The notes below the pieces were generated by a model. That model saw only the letters and a program-made list of their open reading frames with translations. It ran no database searches and was not told the DNA's origin. From Lama glama (lineage: Eukaryota), in NCBI GenBank assembly GCA_028534125.1, contig CM052818.1:4776001-4840000 (forward strand): a stretch of DNA of 64,000 nucleotides, in the 5' to 3' direction. Both the position numbers and the translations under genes were made by a program. Positions 50,975 to 63,135 of this stretch are shown here, in pieces (positions within the stretch are counted from its first letter, which is position 1; each line of letters starts with the position of its first letter).

Positions 50975-51625
50975 TTGTTTTTACTTTTTGAGGGGTTTAT
51001 TATACATAGGGTTCATACACCTTAACTGTCCAGCTACATGAATTTTGGCATATGCATATGCCCATGAAACTACACCCACAGCAAGATACAGAACAACCCG
51101 AGTGCACCCCAAGGGCTCTCTCATGCTTTGCTCAGCCTTTACCTCCACCACTATTATGATGACTTCTATCATCACAGATTCGTTTTGCCTATTTTTGAAA
51201 AAAAATACAAGTGAAATCACATAGAACTCACTCTCTTTTTTTATGTCTGGGAAGTATTGCTATGTAATATTCTATGGAATCAATATCTCACAATTTATTT
51301 GACAAATGATGGATTGGAGGGGTGGGATTATTATGAATAAAGCTGCTATAAACATCTTGGTACAAGCCTTCTGGTAGGTATCTATATGCCCATTTAGGTT
51401 GGATATATCCCCAGGAGTAGAATTGCTGAGTCTTGGAATTTGCACACTTAGTAGAGACCATCAAACAATTTTCCGAAGTGGTTGTACCAATTTACGCTCC
51501 CCCGAAAACTGCATGAGAATTCTAAATTTTTGCCATTCTTACAAACACTTGGTACCATCAGTCCTTGTAATTCTGGCTGTTCTGGTGGGAGGACAGTGGT
51601 GGTGGGGGGGATCTCACTGTGTTTT
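50975..51625 (-). mobile_element. Old LINE-1 (L1ME-like) 3' region
   Basis: TATGAATAAAGCTGCTATAAACATC...CCCAGGAGTAGAATTGCTGAGTC...TTCCGAAGTGGTTGTACCAATTTAC. Confidence 0.85.
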
Positions 51626-53679
51626 TGGTGGAGGAGTTTAAGGGGTTGCTGCTTACAGGTTCTTATGATCGTGCTGTTGATTATACAGTCTGGCTTTAAA
51701 AGTTTATTTTTCAGGATTCTTAGCTTTCATTCTCTTTTCCCAACACCCCATTATTATTTTTTTTCCCTCACAGTACCCGCAAGAGTAGGATAAAAGCCAA
51801 GCATACTGATATGACATCATCAGTTCATTGTCTTTCAGGAACGTGATGTTTCATTTTTTTTATAGGGTGACCCCATTCCAAGATGGAAGGGAAAATAGAA
51901 AACAGGGCTTAGAGTTTGAAAGAGAAAATTTGGGTCAGGCTCCAGCTTAATGCAGTTTCCATTCTTGGAGCCAAAAGCCCTTCTATTCAGTGCACAAAGC
52001 GGGTGGCTGGAGTGGGGACTGTTGGCTTCATGACATGCTCACTGGACCACTGCATCAGAGTGCCTAGGATTTTGCCCTAACGATGGAATGAAGGGTGTTA
52101 CGCTTCATTTCCTGTTTTGGAAAACAGAGTCTCTGGCTTCAAAAAAAGGGGCTAATTGCACATTGTTTTAAAACACTGGATTGATTATTCATCACATCAT
52201 AATTAAACTAATTAGAATACTATTATTTTCCAACAGCTTTAATGAGGTCTTCCACTTGGCAGAGAACCTGAGAGACCAAAGAATATTGCCATTTGTTAAA
52301 AGATGGAGAAACTCTGATGACAAATGACTCTATTCAGCTGCATTTCGGTTAATAAGATTTATGCATTAATCTAGTTATACTTTGTTCCCTCGAGTTTGGC
52401 AAACTTCTGAAGTTTTCCAATTTCTCTACCGGGTCTCTTCTGCTCCCACCCCTCATCTCCTCCACCGAGAATTCCTGGCGTCTGAGTTAAAATAGGTGGA
52501 AACATTCTCTGTTTCCAGCCGAGGCTCCCCAGCTTGGTTGGAATGCTCCGTCTGGTTGTAATGGAGCCTGCTTTTCGGCCAGCAACTCTTAAAATAGCTC
52601 CTCGGCTTATGAAGCAGAAAATAGAAGTTTGGGCAGCCCGGTGTCAGCTTACAGGATGTTTCTGGCTGCTTGCTTTGGGGGGCACTGTTGCTTCAGCTTG
52701 AGAAGTGGCGTGGGGCTCTGGTGAGTGATGTCTCTCCATTGCGCAATTTTGTATCTGCTCTCCTTGTCAAGTAATCATTACAAATGTTTCAGGGAGGATC
52801 AAGTTGGCTCCGAGTTGAGGTCTGCCTCTCCGAAGACGTTAGGGGCTGAAGGGTGGGCATTGGTCTGTCCGTGGTGGTAAAAATTTCCCCCTCTGACAGT
52901 GTAATTAAGTGCTAATTAACAAAATGAGTGTAAATGTTGAAGGCTGAGATAAATATCTACATTTCCTTAATCTGTTTTTCTCCCTTTAAAATTTGATAAA
53001 GGAAATTTGGATTTAATGGAGGATATATGTCAATTTTTTTTTTTTTTTAAGATTGCAAATCTGTTTAGAAGGGACTCCGATCGACCGGTTTGGATTGCTA
53101 CAGGAAAAGCTAGCAGCGTATAAAGATAGAAGAGGCACAATGAAATGCGGATGCGTTATTGCAATAATTATGTTAAGAAGGCTTAGTGGAGCTACCTTTT
53201 GGAAACATCTGGTTTGTTTCTGCTCTTTCCACATCCTGCAGATGTTGCTAAACCCATGAAACAGCCCTGACAGGAAAATACATTAGCTCACGAAGTCATT
53301 CCAATGAATAAAGCAAAGAGTAGCCTCTTAACTCTCTAAAAAATCTAGTTAGGAAAGAATTCTGCTTTCAAAGCAGGCAGAAATTAGGCCAATCATTGAG
53401 GGGGGCCCAGGGCCTCCTAAAAGTGTCAATAGTGATCTGTTCTTGCCAAAAGGGAAAAGAGACGCTTTGTGGAGGGGCAACCGGAGTCATAAATGGGCAT
53501 CTTTGTAATTCAAGTACTTTCTCATTACCTTCCTTGGTCAGTGCTTAAAAATAGGGCTGAGGAAGGGGGCAAGGCAAGCCTGCTCCTGCGATCATTTCAT
53601 TTGATCGGTCGTAGAAGGAAAGCCTTTAAAAAACGAGAGCCTTCTGAATCCATCTTGAGTTCAGCGACTCTGCCTCCCC

Positions 53680-53945
53680 TCCCGGCCGGCCCCTGGAGCC
53701 CCAAGAGAGACTCAGGGAGAGGCAGGTAGACCGCTGGTGTGGCAGTGTGGCCGTGTGGCCGGGGCCAGCGCCCCGGGAAGGGGCTGCGTCACGGAGGTAC
53801 CAACCCCGGCAGGGGGCTGATGACAGCTGCGCGGCGCCCTGACACCACCGTGTCAACGCCCCGGGCAGGCAGGGACAGCGGGGCGGGCTCGTGTGCGCTG
53901 AGCCTCCGGGAGAGCAGACAGACGCAGGCATCCCTGACGGGGGAG
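53680..53945. promoter_or_regulatory. Small CpG/GC-rich island-like segment
   Basis: About 23 CpG in about 260 bp by eye count, in an otherwise CpG-depleted window; not a recognisable repeat. Confidence 0.55.
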
Positions 53946-54949
53946 GCCCTGGGGAGTTTGAGTTTATTAAATAGGAGTTGGTTGCCTCTGAGATTAACAC
54001 CCTGAAATAAATGCAAAGTTAAGAAATATTTTGGCCTCCAGCCCACTTGGCAGGAGGCTTCGGAACCTGGAATGGTCAGAAGGACAAAGCCTTAAAGGGC
54101 CAACGTCGCATTTAGTTTCGGGCCAGCTGTGATCTCTAAACTGCCCTATCGTTTACATCACTCCTTGGGGTTGTAGCGTCATGCGATGTGCTCGGAAGAC
54201 CCCTGTTAAAATGTGTAACAGATGTTTTTCTGGCCACCAGCCTGGCAGACAAGAAGGACCCACACATATAGAAACCCATCAGTGAGAAACTGTAATTTCT
54301 CTGGCTTGGCTCTGAATGGTTGGACGCCAGTTACTGACATTCTGTCCTATTTGCTTTCTTTCCTCTGGGGCAGAAGGATAAGTCTCTGGGACATCTCACA
54401 GAAGGCTGTTCCTGGCATGTTCTCCTAGGGTTTCTGGTTTCCTTCAGGTCACTGACGAGGGGGTCTCTACCACTTGATCCAAGGCTTTCCATTTCAGCAA
54501 CAATTTCATGTGTGGTTCCACCAGGCACCTGGCTCCTGGCTGACCATTCACCCCTGCTCCTGGATCAGCCGAGAGCTCTTGTTGAAATTATCCAAGGGCT
54601 TTTCCTCCGCCTCAGAGAATGGTGTTTAGATTCCTCCCAACCTTTCTCCCCACCAGGGTTACACCATCTTTTTCCTTCTCTTTTGCAATTGGCTGATTTC
54701 TGGTTTTGATTCTTCAGCTATATTTCCTTTCCCTTAATCAACAGATTAAACCCAATAAGACCAGTTTTTAAACCTCTTTGGAAACTTTTGACACTAATGT
54801 AGACGTGTTACTTAAGGAAAGAGGTTTAGCATCACTGCCACCATTGTCATAATAATTTTTCAACTTTTATACCACCTTTTAGAGTAAATGACGTACTTTC
54901 CTGTCTATTATTTCTGCTGCTCCTCAAAGCGATGCTGATATGAGCAAAA

Positions 54950-55090
54950 GGCAGAGATTATGATGTTGAGGTTACAGGTGAAGAAATCAATGCTCACAGA
55001 AGGTAAAGCTATTCATTCAAAGTCATGCAGCCAGTGAAACTGGGATTCAACCCATTTTACATTCCAAGTTCAATGATTTCCTGGGCATAG
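54950..55090 (-). mobile_element. MIR SINE (degenerate)
   Basis: TTACAGGTGAAGAAATCAATGCTCACAGAAGGTAAAG...AAAGTCATGCAGCCAGTG...GGGATTCAACCC. Confidence 0.7.
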
Positions 55091-56008
55091 CAAGCCCTTA
55101 TTAATACTTAATAACCTTTAACATGGTAAGAAGTTGAAAGATAGTCCACAGAATGGGAATGCTTTTGTAGGGCAGTGTAGGTAATGCCAAGAATGTGAGA
55201 ATATAGGGGATCCAGACAGGAATAGAGACAGGGAGTCCAGAGCTACTTTTTCCAATAGACATATCATCAGGAAAAGAGTTCCATAGCCAAATAGGCTTGA
55301 TAAATATTAAATTAAACAAAGTCATGAAAATTGTCTTGATTACAGCACCCTCAGAGACTTCGACACCCAAATCTGATGCTTGGAAATTGTCTGCAGCAGC
55401 AGCGTCTGCATTGGGCAGCACAGAACATGACCACATGGTTTAGGGAAAAGTGTCCTAACAGAGCGACCAAAAAGCTAAGTAAAAGCTCATGTGTTCTGTG
55501 CCATAGTCACTTACTGCAAACAGAAAGTTCTTTCCATGAACCTTGGCACCAGGCTGGACCACAGTGAGGAAGAAATGGCCCAGACATGGCCATGTCTGTC
55601 TTGGAAGGGTTCACAACGGGGCTACTCATTCTTACATAGGGAAGAACATTTTCTTAGGAAGTCCCTTGGCTGGTCATATGCATGATTTAACTTGCGTGGA
55701 CATTCTCTCGTCTCAAGTTGTTTCTAAGGAATGCTGAAAGTAAGCTCAAAACTTGAAAAGGTCAGTGAGTCAACTGGACGTTTCTAAATAGCTGGATCCT
55801 TAGCAACATACACAACAAACATCTGTTTAGCTGATTAGCACATCTGTCTTAGAGGAAATCATGGTTTCTTGCCACCATGGATGATTGAGTCCCTGTGAGT
55901 AAATGGGTGGGAACCACACGTCCAAACCCATCTCACGTGAGCTGACTGGAAGGTCAGGCCTGTCTTGCTCTAGAATTGTAAAGCTATCATTGGGTAAAGA
56001 CTGGTTTT

Positions 56009-56508
56009 NNNNNNNNNNNNNNNNNNNNNNNNNNNNNNNNNNNNNNNNNNNNNNNNNNNNNNNNNNNNNNNNNNNNNNNNNNNNNNNNNNNNNNNNNNNN
56101 NNNNNNNNNNNNNNNNNNNNNNNNNNNNNNNNNNNNNNNNNNNNNNNNNNNNNNNNNNNNNNNNNNNNNNNNNNNNNNNNNNNNNNNNNNNNNNNNNNNN
56201 NNNNNNNNNNNNNNNNNNNNNNNNNNNNNNNNNNNNNNNNNNNNNNNNNNNNNNNNNNNNNNNNNNNNNNNNNNNNNNNNNNNNNNNNNNNNNNNNNNNN
56301 NNNNNNNNNNNNNNNNNNNNNNNNNNNNNNNNNNNNNNNNNNNNNNNNNNNNNNNNNNNNNNNNNNNNNNNNNNNNNNNNNNNNNNNNNNNNNNNNNNNN
56401 NNNNNNNNNNNNNNNNNNNNNNNNNNNNNNNNNNNNNNNNNNNNNNNNNNNNNNNNNNNNNNNNNNNNNNNNNNNNNNNNNNNNNNNNNNNNNNNNNNNN
56501 NNNNNNNN
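56009..56508. other. Assembly gap (500 N)
   Basis: Run of exactly 500 N. Confidence 0.99.
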
Positions 56509-56560
56509 GAGTTGGACTCAGGAGACACAATATGCCAGCTTCTCTCTCTCTTTTTGCCCC

Positions 56561-57405
56561 TGTGGACTGAATATTTGTGTCCCCTCAGACTTCATCCCTC
56601 ATGTCATGGTGTTTGGAGATGGGGCCTTTGGGAGTTGATTAGGTCATGAGAATGGAGCCCTCATGAAAGAGATTAGTACTCTTTATAAAAGAGACCCTAG
56701 AGAATTCCCTCATCCCCTCCACCATGTGAGGACACAGAGAAAAGATGGCCATCTGTGAACCAAGAAGCTTCCCCCACCAGACATCCAGTCTGCTGGTGCC
56801 TTGATCTTGGACTCCCCAGACTCCAGAACTGTGAGAAATACATTTGTGGTGCTTATAAGTCACTTGATCTATGGTCCAAACTCATTCTGCTCACTGCATG
56901 ACAGGCCAGTAAATTGGGAGATGAGGTGTTGGGGCAAGGAATGATGATTTTATTTGGAAAGCCAGCAGACCGAAAAGATGGCAGACGAATGTCCTGGAGA
57001 ACCATCTTACCCATGTTAGAATTCAGGCTCCTTTTATACTAAAAGGGGAAAAGGCGTGACTGGTTGTTGCAAACTTCTTGGCGTCAGAATCCTTTGTTTT
57101 TGATTCTCTGTCCAGGTGTCAGGTCTTGATGTTCCTGTAAACCTTCAATAAGACAAATGTGATTGATTCTCTGTTCTGCAACTATTTATCTCCGTATGAA
57201 TGGAACAGTGTTATACCCTTAAAGATCAGAGCCTTGAGAACAGGCTCTCCTGTCTGTTTCAGGCTGTAGGCAACATTCTTTTACAAAAGCTGCAGAACCA
57301 GCGTGGCTAAGCACAGGGGACAGAGCACGGGGTTAGAGCTGGAGGAACAGATCTAATATGGAGTCAGATTTGTTCTTCCCTATTACAGTCTAACAGGTTA
57401 AGACA
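56561..57405 (+). mobile_element. MaLR solo LTR (MLT1A-like) interrupted by an ERV1 LTR
   Basis: TGTGGACTGAATATTTGTGTCCC...CCACCATGTGAGGACACAG...CCTTGATCTTGGACT...CTATGGT [insert] GTCTAACAGGTTAAGACA; TSD GCCCC / GCTCC. Confidence 0.88.
56876..57387 (-). mobile_element. ERV1-class LTR, left end clipped
   Basis: CCAAACTCATTCTGCTC...GAGATGAGGTGTTGGGGCAAGGAA...TTTATTTGGAAAGCCAGCAGACCG...TTGTTCTTCCCTATTACA. Confidence 0.8.
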
Positions 57406-57703
57406 GCTCCTGAAGGTAAGCCCTCTCTCACCATGAGGTTTCCCTTTCTGATTACGGCAGGAAATCACATCCAAAAACAACAAACAACAAACAAATTCAT
57501 ATGATGTTCTGGTAGTCATCTTGCTGTTCTTAGCTCTGACCTCTCTGAAGTGACCAGTGAAAGAACTTGCTATGTTTCTTGTAACCTGAATATAACCAGC
57601 ATACCACATGGCCCTGTACGTGCATCATATAGAGTCAAAGAAAGGGCAGTGCATCAGGGGAAAAATGATGGAAGGATGTTTCAGTCTTACTAATGTCAAA
57701 GAA

Positions 57704-57938
57704 AAGGGGTTGGCAAGCTATGGCTTCCAAGCCAGATCTGCATTTTTTTTAAACCATTTTTGCTTGTTTTGTGTTTTAAATAAAGTTTTATTGAAACACA
57801 ACTACATTTGTTTACATTTTATCTACGCTTCCAAGTGACAGTGGCAAAGTTGAGTAGCTGTGACAGACACTGTGCGGTTCTAAAAGCTGAAAATATTTTC
57901 TATCTGGTCCTTTCCAGGAAAAATTTGCTGATGCCCAG
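57704..57938. mobile_element. MER58A-like hAT-Charlie MITE
   Basis: AGGGGTTGGCAAGCTATGG...AAATAAAGTTTTATTGAAACACA...AGTTGAGTAGCTGTGACAGA...AAAAATTTGCTGATGCCC. Confidence 0.88.
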
Positions 57939-58999
57939 CTTAGAAGATGCCAGAGAGGGGAGAACATTTTTCATGTGCAGGAAATCATTTTTTCCCCTAA
58001 TTTCTGCCACACTTTGTGACTTCTGTGAAGACAACACTGGTTTCTCAAAGAAGAAAATGATCCTTTTCATTCTCTCAACAGCCTGTCAAAACCACCTCCT
58101 TGAAATCCAGCCTAGGTAGCTCCTACTTCTTCCATCCTCACTTAACCCTCTTTTAAATCACGCACTTCTCTCCAGCTAGTAATTCTGATTTTTTTCCCCC
58201 CTAAATAGAAAAACTCTACCCTGACTCTGTTCATTCTACTTTTCAACACCTACTGTTTATCCCAAACAACTCAAGAGGAGGGTCAAGGTTCATGCCAGAG
58301 GAGTCTTCCTTTGAAGGATGTCAGAAGCAAAGGCTGAAAGGCCGGGCGAAATCATACCATTTGCTCGTGTTGTAGGATGAATCATGTAGGTGATTGTTAT
58401 GGTCTGGAGTGCAGCTCACAACTAACTCATCTATATGCAGGCCTGGCCTTTCCATTTGAATCCTGAAGTCTGCGTGGTGTCCTCTCTTCCTGCACGGAGC
58501 CTTACAGAGACAACTGCCCACCTCCCCTACGCCGGTCTCTGGGGGAAAGTCAGCCCCTTTCAGGCTTCCCATGAGGGTACATCCACCTCCCAGGGCCTCT
58601 GACCCTTCCAGTCAGAAACCCCCTAGGACATTTCCTTATCCTTTCACAACATCCACATTTGCCATACGTGATATATAAATATGTGTGTCTGTGTGCATGT
58701 GTGTGCGTATGTGTGGGTGTATGTGAATGTGTGTGTTTCTTAGCAATCTCTTTTCCTCATTTTGAAAGTGAATTTTAGCCACTGCAGGGAAAGTTAAAAT
58801 ACAAAAGTGGATAAATAAGAAAAAAAACACCTATAATTCCAGATTAATTAATATGGGATTAATGAATGAATTAACACCAGTTTTAACAATAATACCAGTA
58901 TTAACATTTGGATATGTAATTTTATAATTCCTGTCCTGTTAGTGTGTATGTGACTCAAACACACACACACGTATATATATACACATATAATTGTTTTTT

Positions 59000-59096
59000 C
59001 TTTTTTCTTTTTTTTAATATATATATGTTTTAAATTGAAGTATACTCAGTTATAATGTGTTAATTTCTGGTGTACAGCACAGTGTCCCAGTCATGC

Positions 59097-59157
<61 letters not shown>

Positions 59158-59305
59158 TATATATATACATACACATATTTATATACATGTATTCATTTTC
59201 ATATTTTTTCATTTGAGGTTATTACAAGATATTGAACATATTTCCATGTGCTATACAAAAGAAATTTGTTTTTTATCTATTTTTATATTGAGTGGTTATC
59301 CTTTA
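59000..59305 (-). mobile_element. LINE-1 3' end (camelid type) with (TA)n(CA)n expansion
   Basis: TTGAAGTATACTCAGTTATAATGTGTTAATTTCTGGTGTACAGCACAGTGTCCCAGTCATGCAT...TTATTACAAGATATTGAAC. Confidence 0.9.
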
Positions 59306-59324
59306 CAAACTTGGGAGTTTGAAA

Positions 59325-59410
59325 TTTATATATTATAATTATATATTATATATTATAATTACACATTATATATTAAAATTATATATTATAATTATATATA
59401 TAATTATTAA
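59325..59410. repeat. AT-rich low-complexity tract
   Basis: Nearly pure A/T (TATATTATAATT...). Confidence 0.85.
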
Positions 59411-60699
59411 ATCAAATTTTCATCTTGGGTGTATTCTTGTGTGTTTCTTTTCATGTAGTGCTATATCCTGTGTCCTTACTTTGGAGTTTGTACAATTGCA
59501 CCCTGTCTTGTAGCTGAATAATTGTTTGCATGAGGGGGAAATCAGGCTTTTCTAATCAGATCATAAATTCCTTGAGTGCAGGGATGGTTTCTCCTCCTTC
59601 TTCCTCTCCTTGCCTCACCTCCCTCCCCACTTCCACCACCACCAATGTCATGGAACAGTACAGAAGGAGCATTTGATAATTACTGTCGGAGTAGAATGGA
59701 TGAGAATGATGTGCGACGCACCCGTAGGAGGAAACCTGGTGCCTGATCTTCGTCTCTTGTTCTTGCCACACAGAGAAAGTCACAGCTTGAAACGAGCCGT
59801 GAATGGTTCTTTGGCGGGCTCACAGCAATACACCTGCCGAGTTATGAGCCTGATGAATCATTTGCCTGGTTATCTTGCTAGTCACGCTGAACTGAATGCC
59901 ACTTTTCAAACCAAAGAGTCCAAATCAGGGCTCCTTCCTTGCTTTGGTCTTGGGCTAGTGGTTTTTTTTTTTTTCTGCAGAGTCTCCTCCCTACGTCTTC
60001 CAAAAATCTATAATAATGGACTTATAAAAACGGTATTCAAGGAGCACTTCTCCTCCACTCTTGCTTTTCTAAAGAGAGTTTTATGCTATACGGCCAACGG
60101 AATTTGGTCCCTTGTTTTATTTATACGTAAAACCAAGAAATGATGTCAACTATGAGATCAGTTAATAACAAGGTGTAGCCTTGCTGGGTGTCTCCCTTGG
60201 GGGACAAAACAAACAACACTGCCCCGCAACTTGCTGTCATCTATTTCATTACGTGCTTTTGACCTGCTTGTTTAACTGACCCAATGGTTTTGTTGTTTAT
60301 GTTTTTGAGATTTACTCCTTTATGAAAGTTAGTGTCCCTTTGCTTTGGCATCCAGACGTCTCTCTTCTGTCCCAGGCTCCCTTACAGGACCCCCTCCTCT
60401 CCATTCCTAGAGGAGGAACCACGAGGGTCACTGAAATGAATGAAAAACACAACCATAACAACACAAAACAGGGGTCCAATTTGGCCCAAAGGTGCTCCGT
60501 TTGGATGTATCACATTGCAGTATGTGATGGAAGGGCTTTATGTGGGTTAATCAAAATGTAACCTCCACCTGACCCAGATCACCTGTTGGACGGCTGTTTG
60601 CCCGAGGCTGAGCCTTCCTGGTGCTGCTATGTCTGTAATGCATTTCCCTAATCATAGTCCCTCCCATTTGGGAGCGCGCCTTCTACTTTTCAAAGCTCT

Positions 60700-60805
60700 T
60701 CCACCTCTGTTATCTCATTTGATCCTTACTCAGCCCTGGAAACATTTCCCATTTTATGGATGAGGAAACCGAGAAGAAATTGACTTGCTCATGGTCACAC
60801 AATCA
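60700..60805 (-). mobile_element. MIR SINE core
   Basis: TATCTCATTTGATCCT...CCCATTTTATGGATGAGGAAACCGAG...TGACTTGCTCATGGTCACAC. Confidence 0.85.
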
Positions 60806-60876
60806 GTTTCTCCAGCCTCTGTCTCCTCTTCTCTCTTTATCTTTCTTTCTCTCAACTATTAGAAATAACTCACTAA

Positions 60877-61248
60877 GTCAGTCAAAGACAAATATCATAG
60901 GATATCCCTTATATGTGGAATCTAAAAAAAGTTACAAATTTTATTTACAAACCAGAAATAGACTCACAGACGTAGAAAATAAACTATGGTTACCAAAGGG
61001 AAAAAGGGAGGGATAAATTAGCAGTTTGGGAGTAACAGATATAGATTACTATATATAAAAGAGACAAACAACAAAAACCTACTATACAGCACAGGGAATT
61101 ACATTCAGTTTATTGTAATAAGATAAAATAAAAAAGAATCTGAAAACATATATATGTATGTATATGTTTAACTGAACCACATTGCTGTACACCTGAAACT
61201 AACATTGGAAATCAACCACACTTTAATAAAATATAAAATTAAAAAAAT
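60877..61248 (+). mobile_element. 5'-truncated LINE-1 3' end
   Basis: L1 tail plus A-rich end; TSD AAATAACTCACTAA / AAATAATCCACTAA. Confidence 0.92.
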
Positions 61249-62429
61249 AAATAATCCACTAAAATTTAAGCATCTTTTTAGTGTTTCTACTTGACACTGC
61301 TCAGTGTATTTTCCTATTGTTAAAAAGAAAAATACGATCATATTAAAATGTTGTCTATGACTTTATACTAAAAGTTCAGTTCTCACTTCAAGTGCCCTAT
61401 TCCACGAGCTATGGTTTAAAGATCCTTGATATTAAAAGAAATCTAAATGTCACCCACTCCATATCCTGGCCTCTCAGTCCCTACTTTCAAACTGTCATAA
61501 ACTAGGACATTCTGAAAGTGACTGACCTTAATTCTATTGGAACATTTTCCCCATATCCGGATTTTTTATAGCCTTTCTTTGGTCCAACTCGCCTTTTAGT
61601 AAGAAGTCCCTGTTATAACTAAAGCAAGTCCTTTTCTCTGCAATTTGAGTCACTTTCCTTATTCTGCTCTCAATCCAGTTACCAAGCAGATCTTCTCTTC
61701 TTTTATCTGGTAGCAGATTCTGATTCCCTGTGCTTACCTCCCCCCACATTTGAGGTTTTGCATCAGATCAAGATGATTTATGACCCAAAGGAGGTGGACA
61801 CCTTGAAATTTATTCTTCTGATCAAGTACAGATTCTCTAACAAAAGACCTGAAATTCTTGACAGCAGGTTGTCACCAGAGTAGAAGTAAACTATTGTCTC
61901 TTTGGGACCATGTTTCCTGAGTCTCAATTTCAGAGAATCCCTGGACACTTACCTGCACTGCCAGGAGCAGGGACGTGAGATGGTGCCAGCCACATGCAGG
62001 CTTCCCTGGGGTTAAACTAAGCTGCCGAGCTGTGAGCTATATGTAACTCACCTGGTCCCATTTTCTAGTCTCTTTTTTATGTTTATTTCCCTTTCGTCAT
62101 CCTCTAGCCTCTAATAAACTTGTGTTTAAATGCTTCTGCCTCATTTCAGCTGTGCTACGGGGAATTTAGGAAAAGGTTAAGTGTCCATAGTTGGGATGGA
62201 ATGCAAGAGGCAGAAGCTCCTCCCTGACTCCCCACCCTTGCAGGGCTGATGTAGTTGAGCTAAGGGAGAGCTGAATCTCAGACTTGAGAGACAAAACTGA
62301 GTGGCCCAATCACCTGTCCCTGTTGAAGAGAACCCCTTTACTGTCCATCTTAAAGGATCGTCACTTTATTTTACTGAGGATGATAGCAACTTTTTTTTGG
62401 ATAAAGAATTTTGTTGTTAACTGATGTAG

Positions 62430-62830
62430 CGAATGTACTGAGCGCTCAACCTATGCAATATATATGAAGATTCAGATTCCTGTGGTACTTTATCTGCCCT
62501 CAAGGAGCTAATAATCAGCAGGTGGATAAAACCTAAACATCAGAGACTACACGATGTCAGGGCATCACCTAGTTGATGGGCAGCCGGAAGGTCCAAGGCA
62601 GCCACAATGATGAAAGGATCACTTACAGGTTCTGGTCAGGGCAAGGCTTTTGGTACTGGTCTGGCAGGCTTGGAAACGCCCCCCCCCCCCGGAAAAACAC
62701 AGAGGCAGAACAACTTCAGGACTCAAAGAGTTCAGGTAAAGGAAGAGTGGGAGAGGAGTTGGATGGCCAGATTGAAGGCAGATCACCAGGAGCATGGGAG
62801 GATGTCATGGAAGGCTTTAAATGCCAATGT
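62430..62830 (-). mobile_element. LINE-2 fragments (degenerate)
   Basis: AATGTACTGAGCGCTC...CTGCCCTCAAGGAGCT...GTCATGGAAGGCTTTAAATGCCA. Confidence 0.55.
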
Positions 62831-62904
62831 CAGTGACTCCCACGCTACACTTTCCCTCGCTGGTTATAAATGATGGATTCCGCACGTGGCGGCAGGTTCA
62901 GGGA

Positions 62905-63135
62905 CATTGTGCTGTGGGTAGCAGAGGAGAAAGCAGATGGGCCCTGCGGTCAGGCAGACTGAGTGAGAATCCTGCATCTGCTGTTTGCTGCTGTAACTTT
63001 GGCCAAGTTATACAACCCTCCCAGGTCTCAGTTTACACTTCTATAAAGCGGGGGGAAACAGAAAATGGCCCTATGTGACCACTGTCAGGATTAAATGAGG
63101 CAATATTGAAAAGTGCCAAATACAACAAGCATATA
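62905..63135 (+). mobile_element. MIR SINE
   Basis: GTCAGGCAGACTGAGTGAGAATCCTG...GGCCAAGTTA...TCTCAGTTT...AGGATTAAATGAG. Confidence 0.8.

Noticed and set aside
59610..60143. Longest gap-free ORF (177 aa) with an internal acceptor-like TCTTGCCACACAG
   Set aside because: Non-ATG start, no recognisable domain, runs through poly-T, no matching donor
5010..61248. Slight excess of minus-strand L1/LTR insertions as evidence of a + strand host gene
   Set aside because: About 9 minus versus 6 plus L1 pieces is too weak, and contig orientation across the gaps is uncertain
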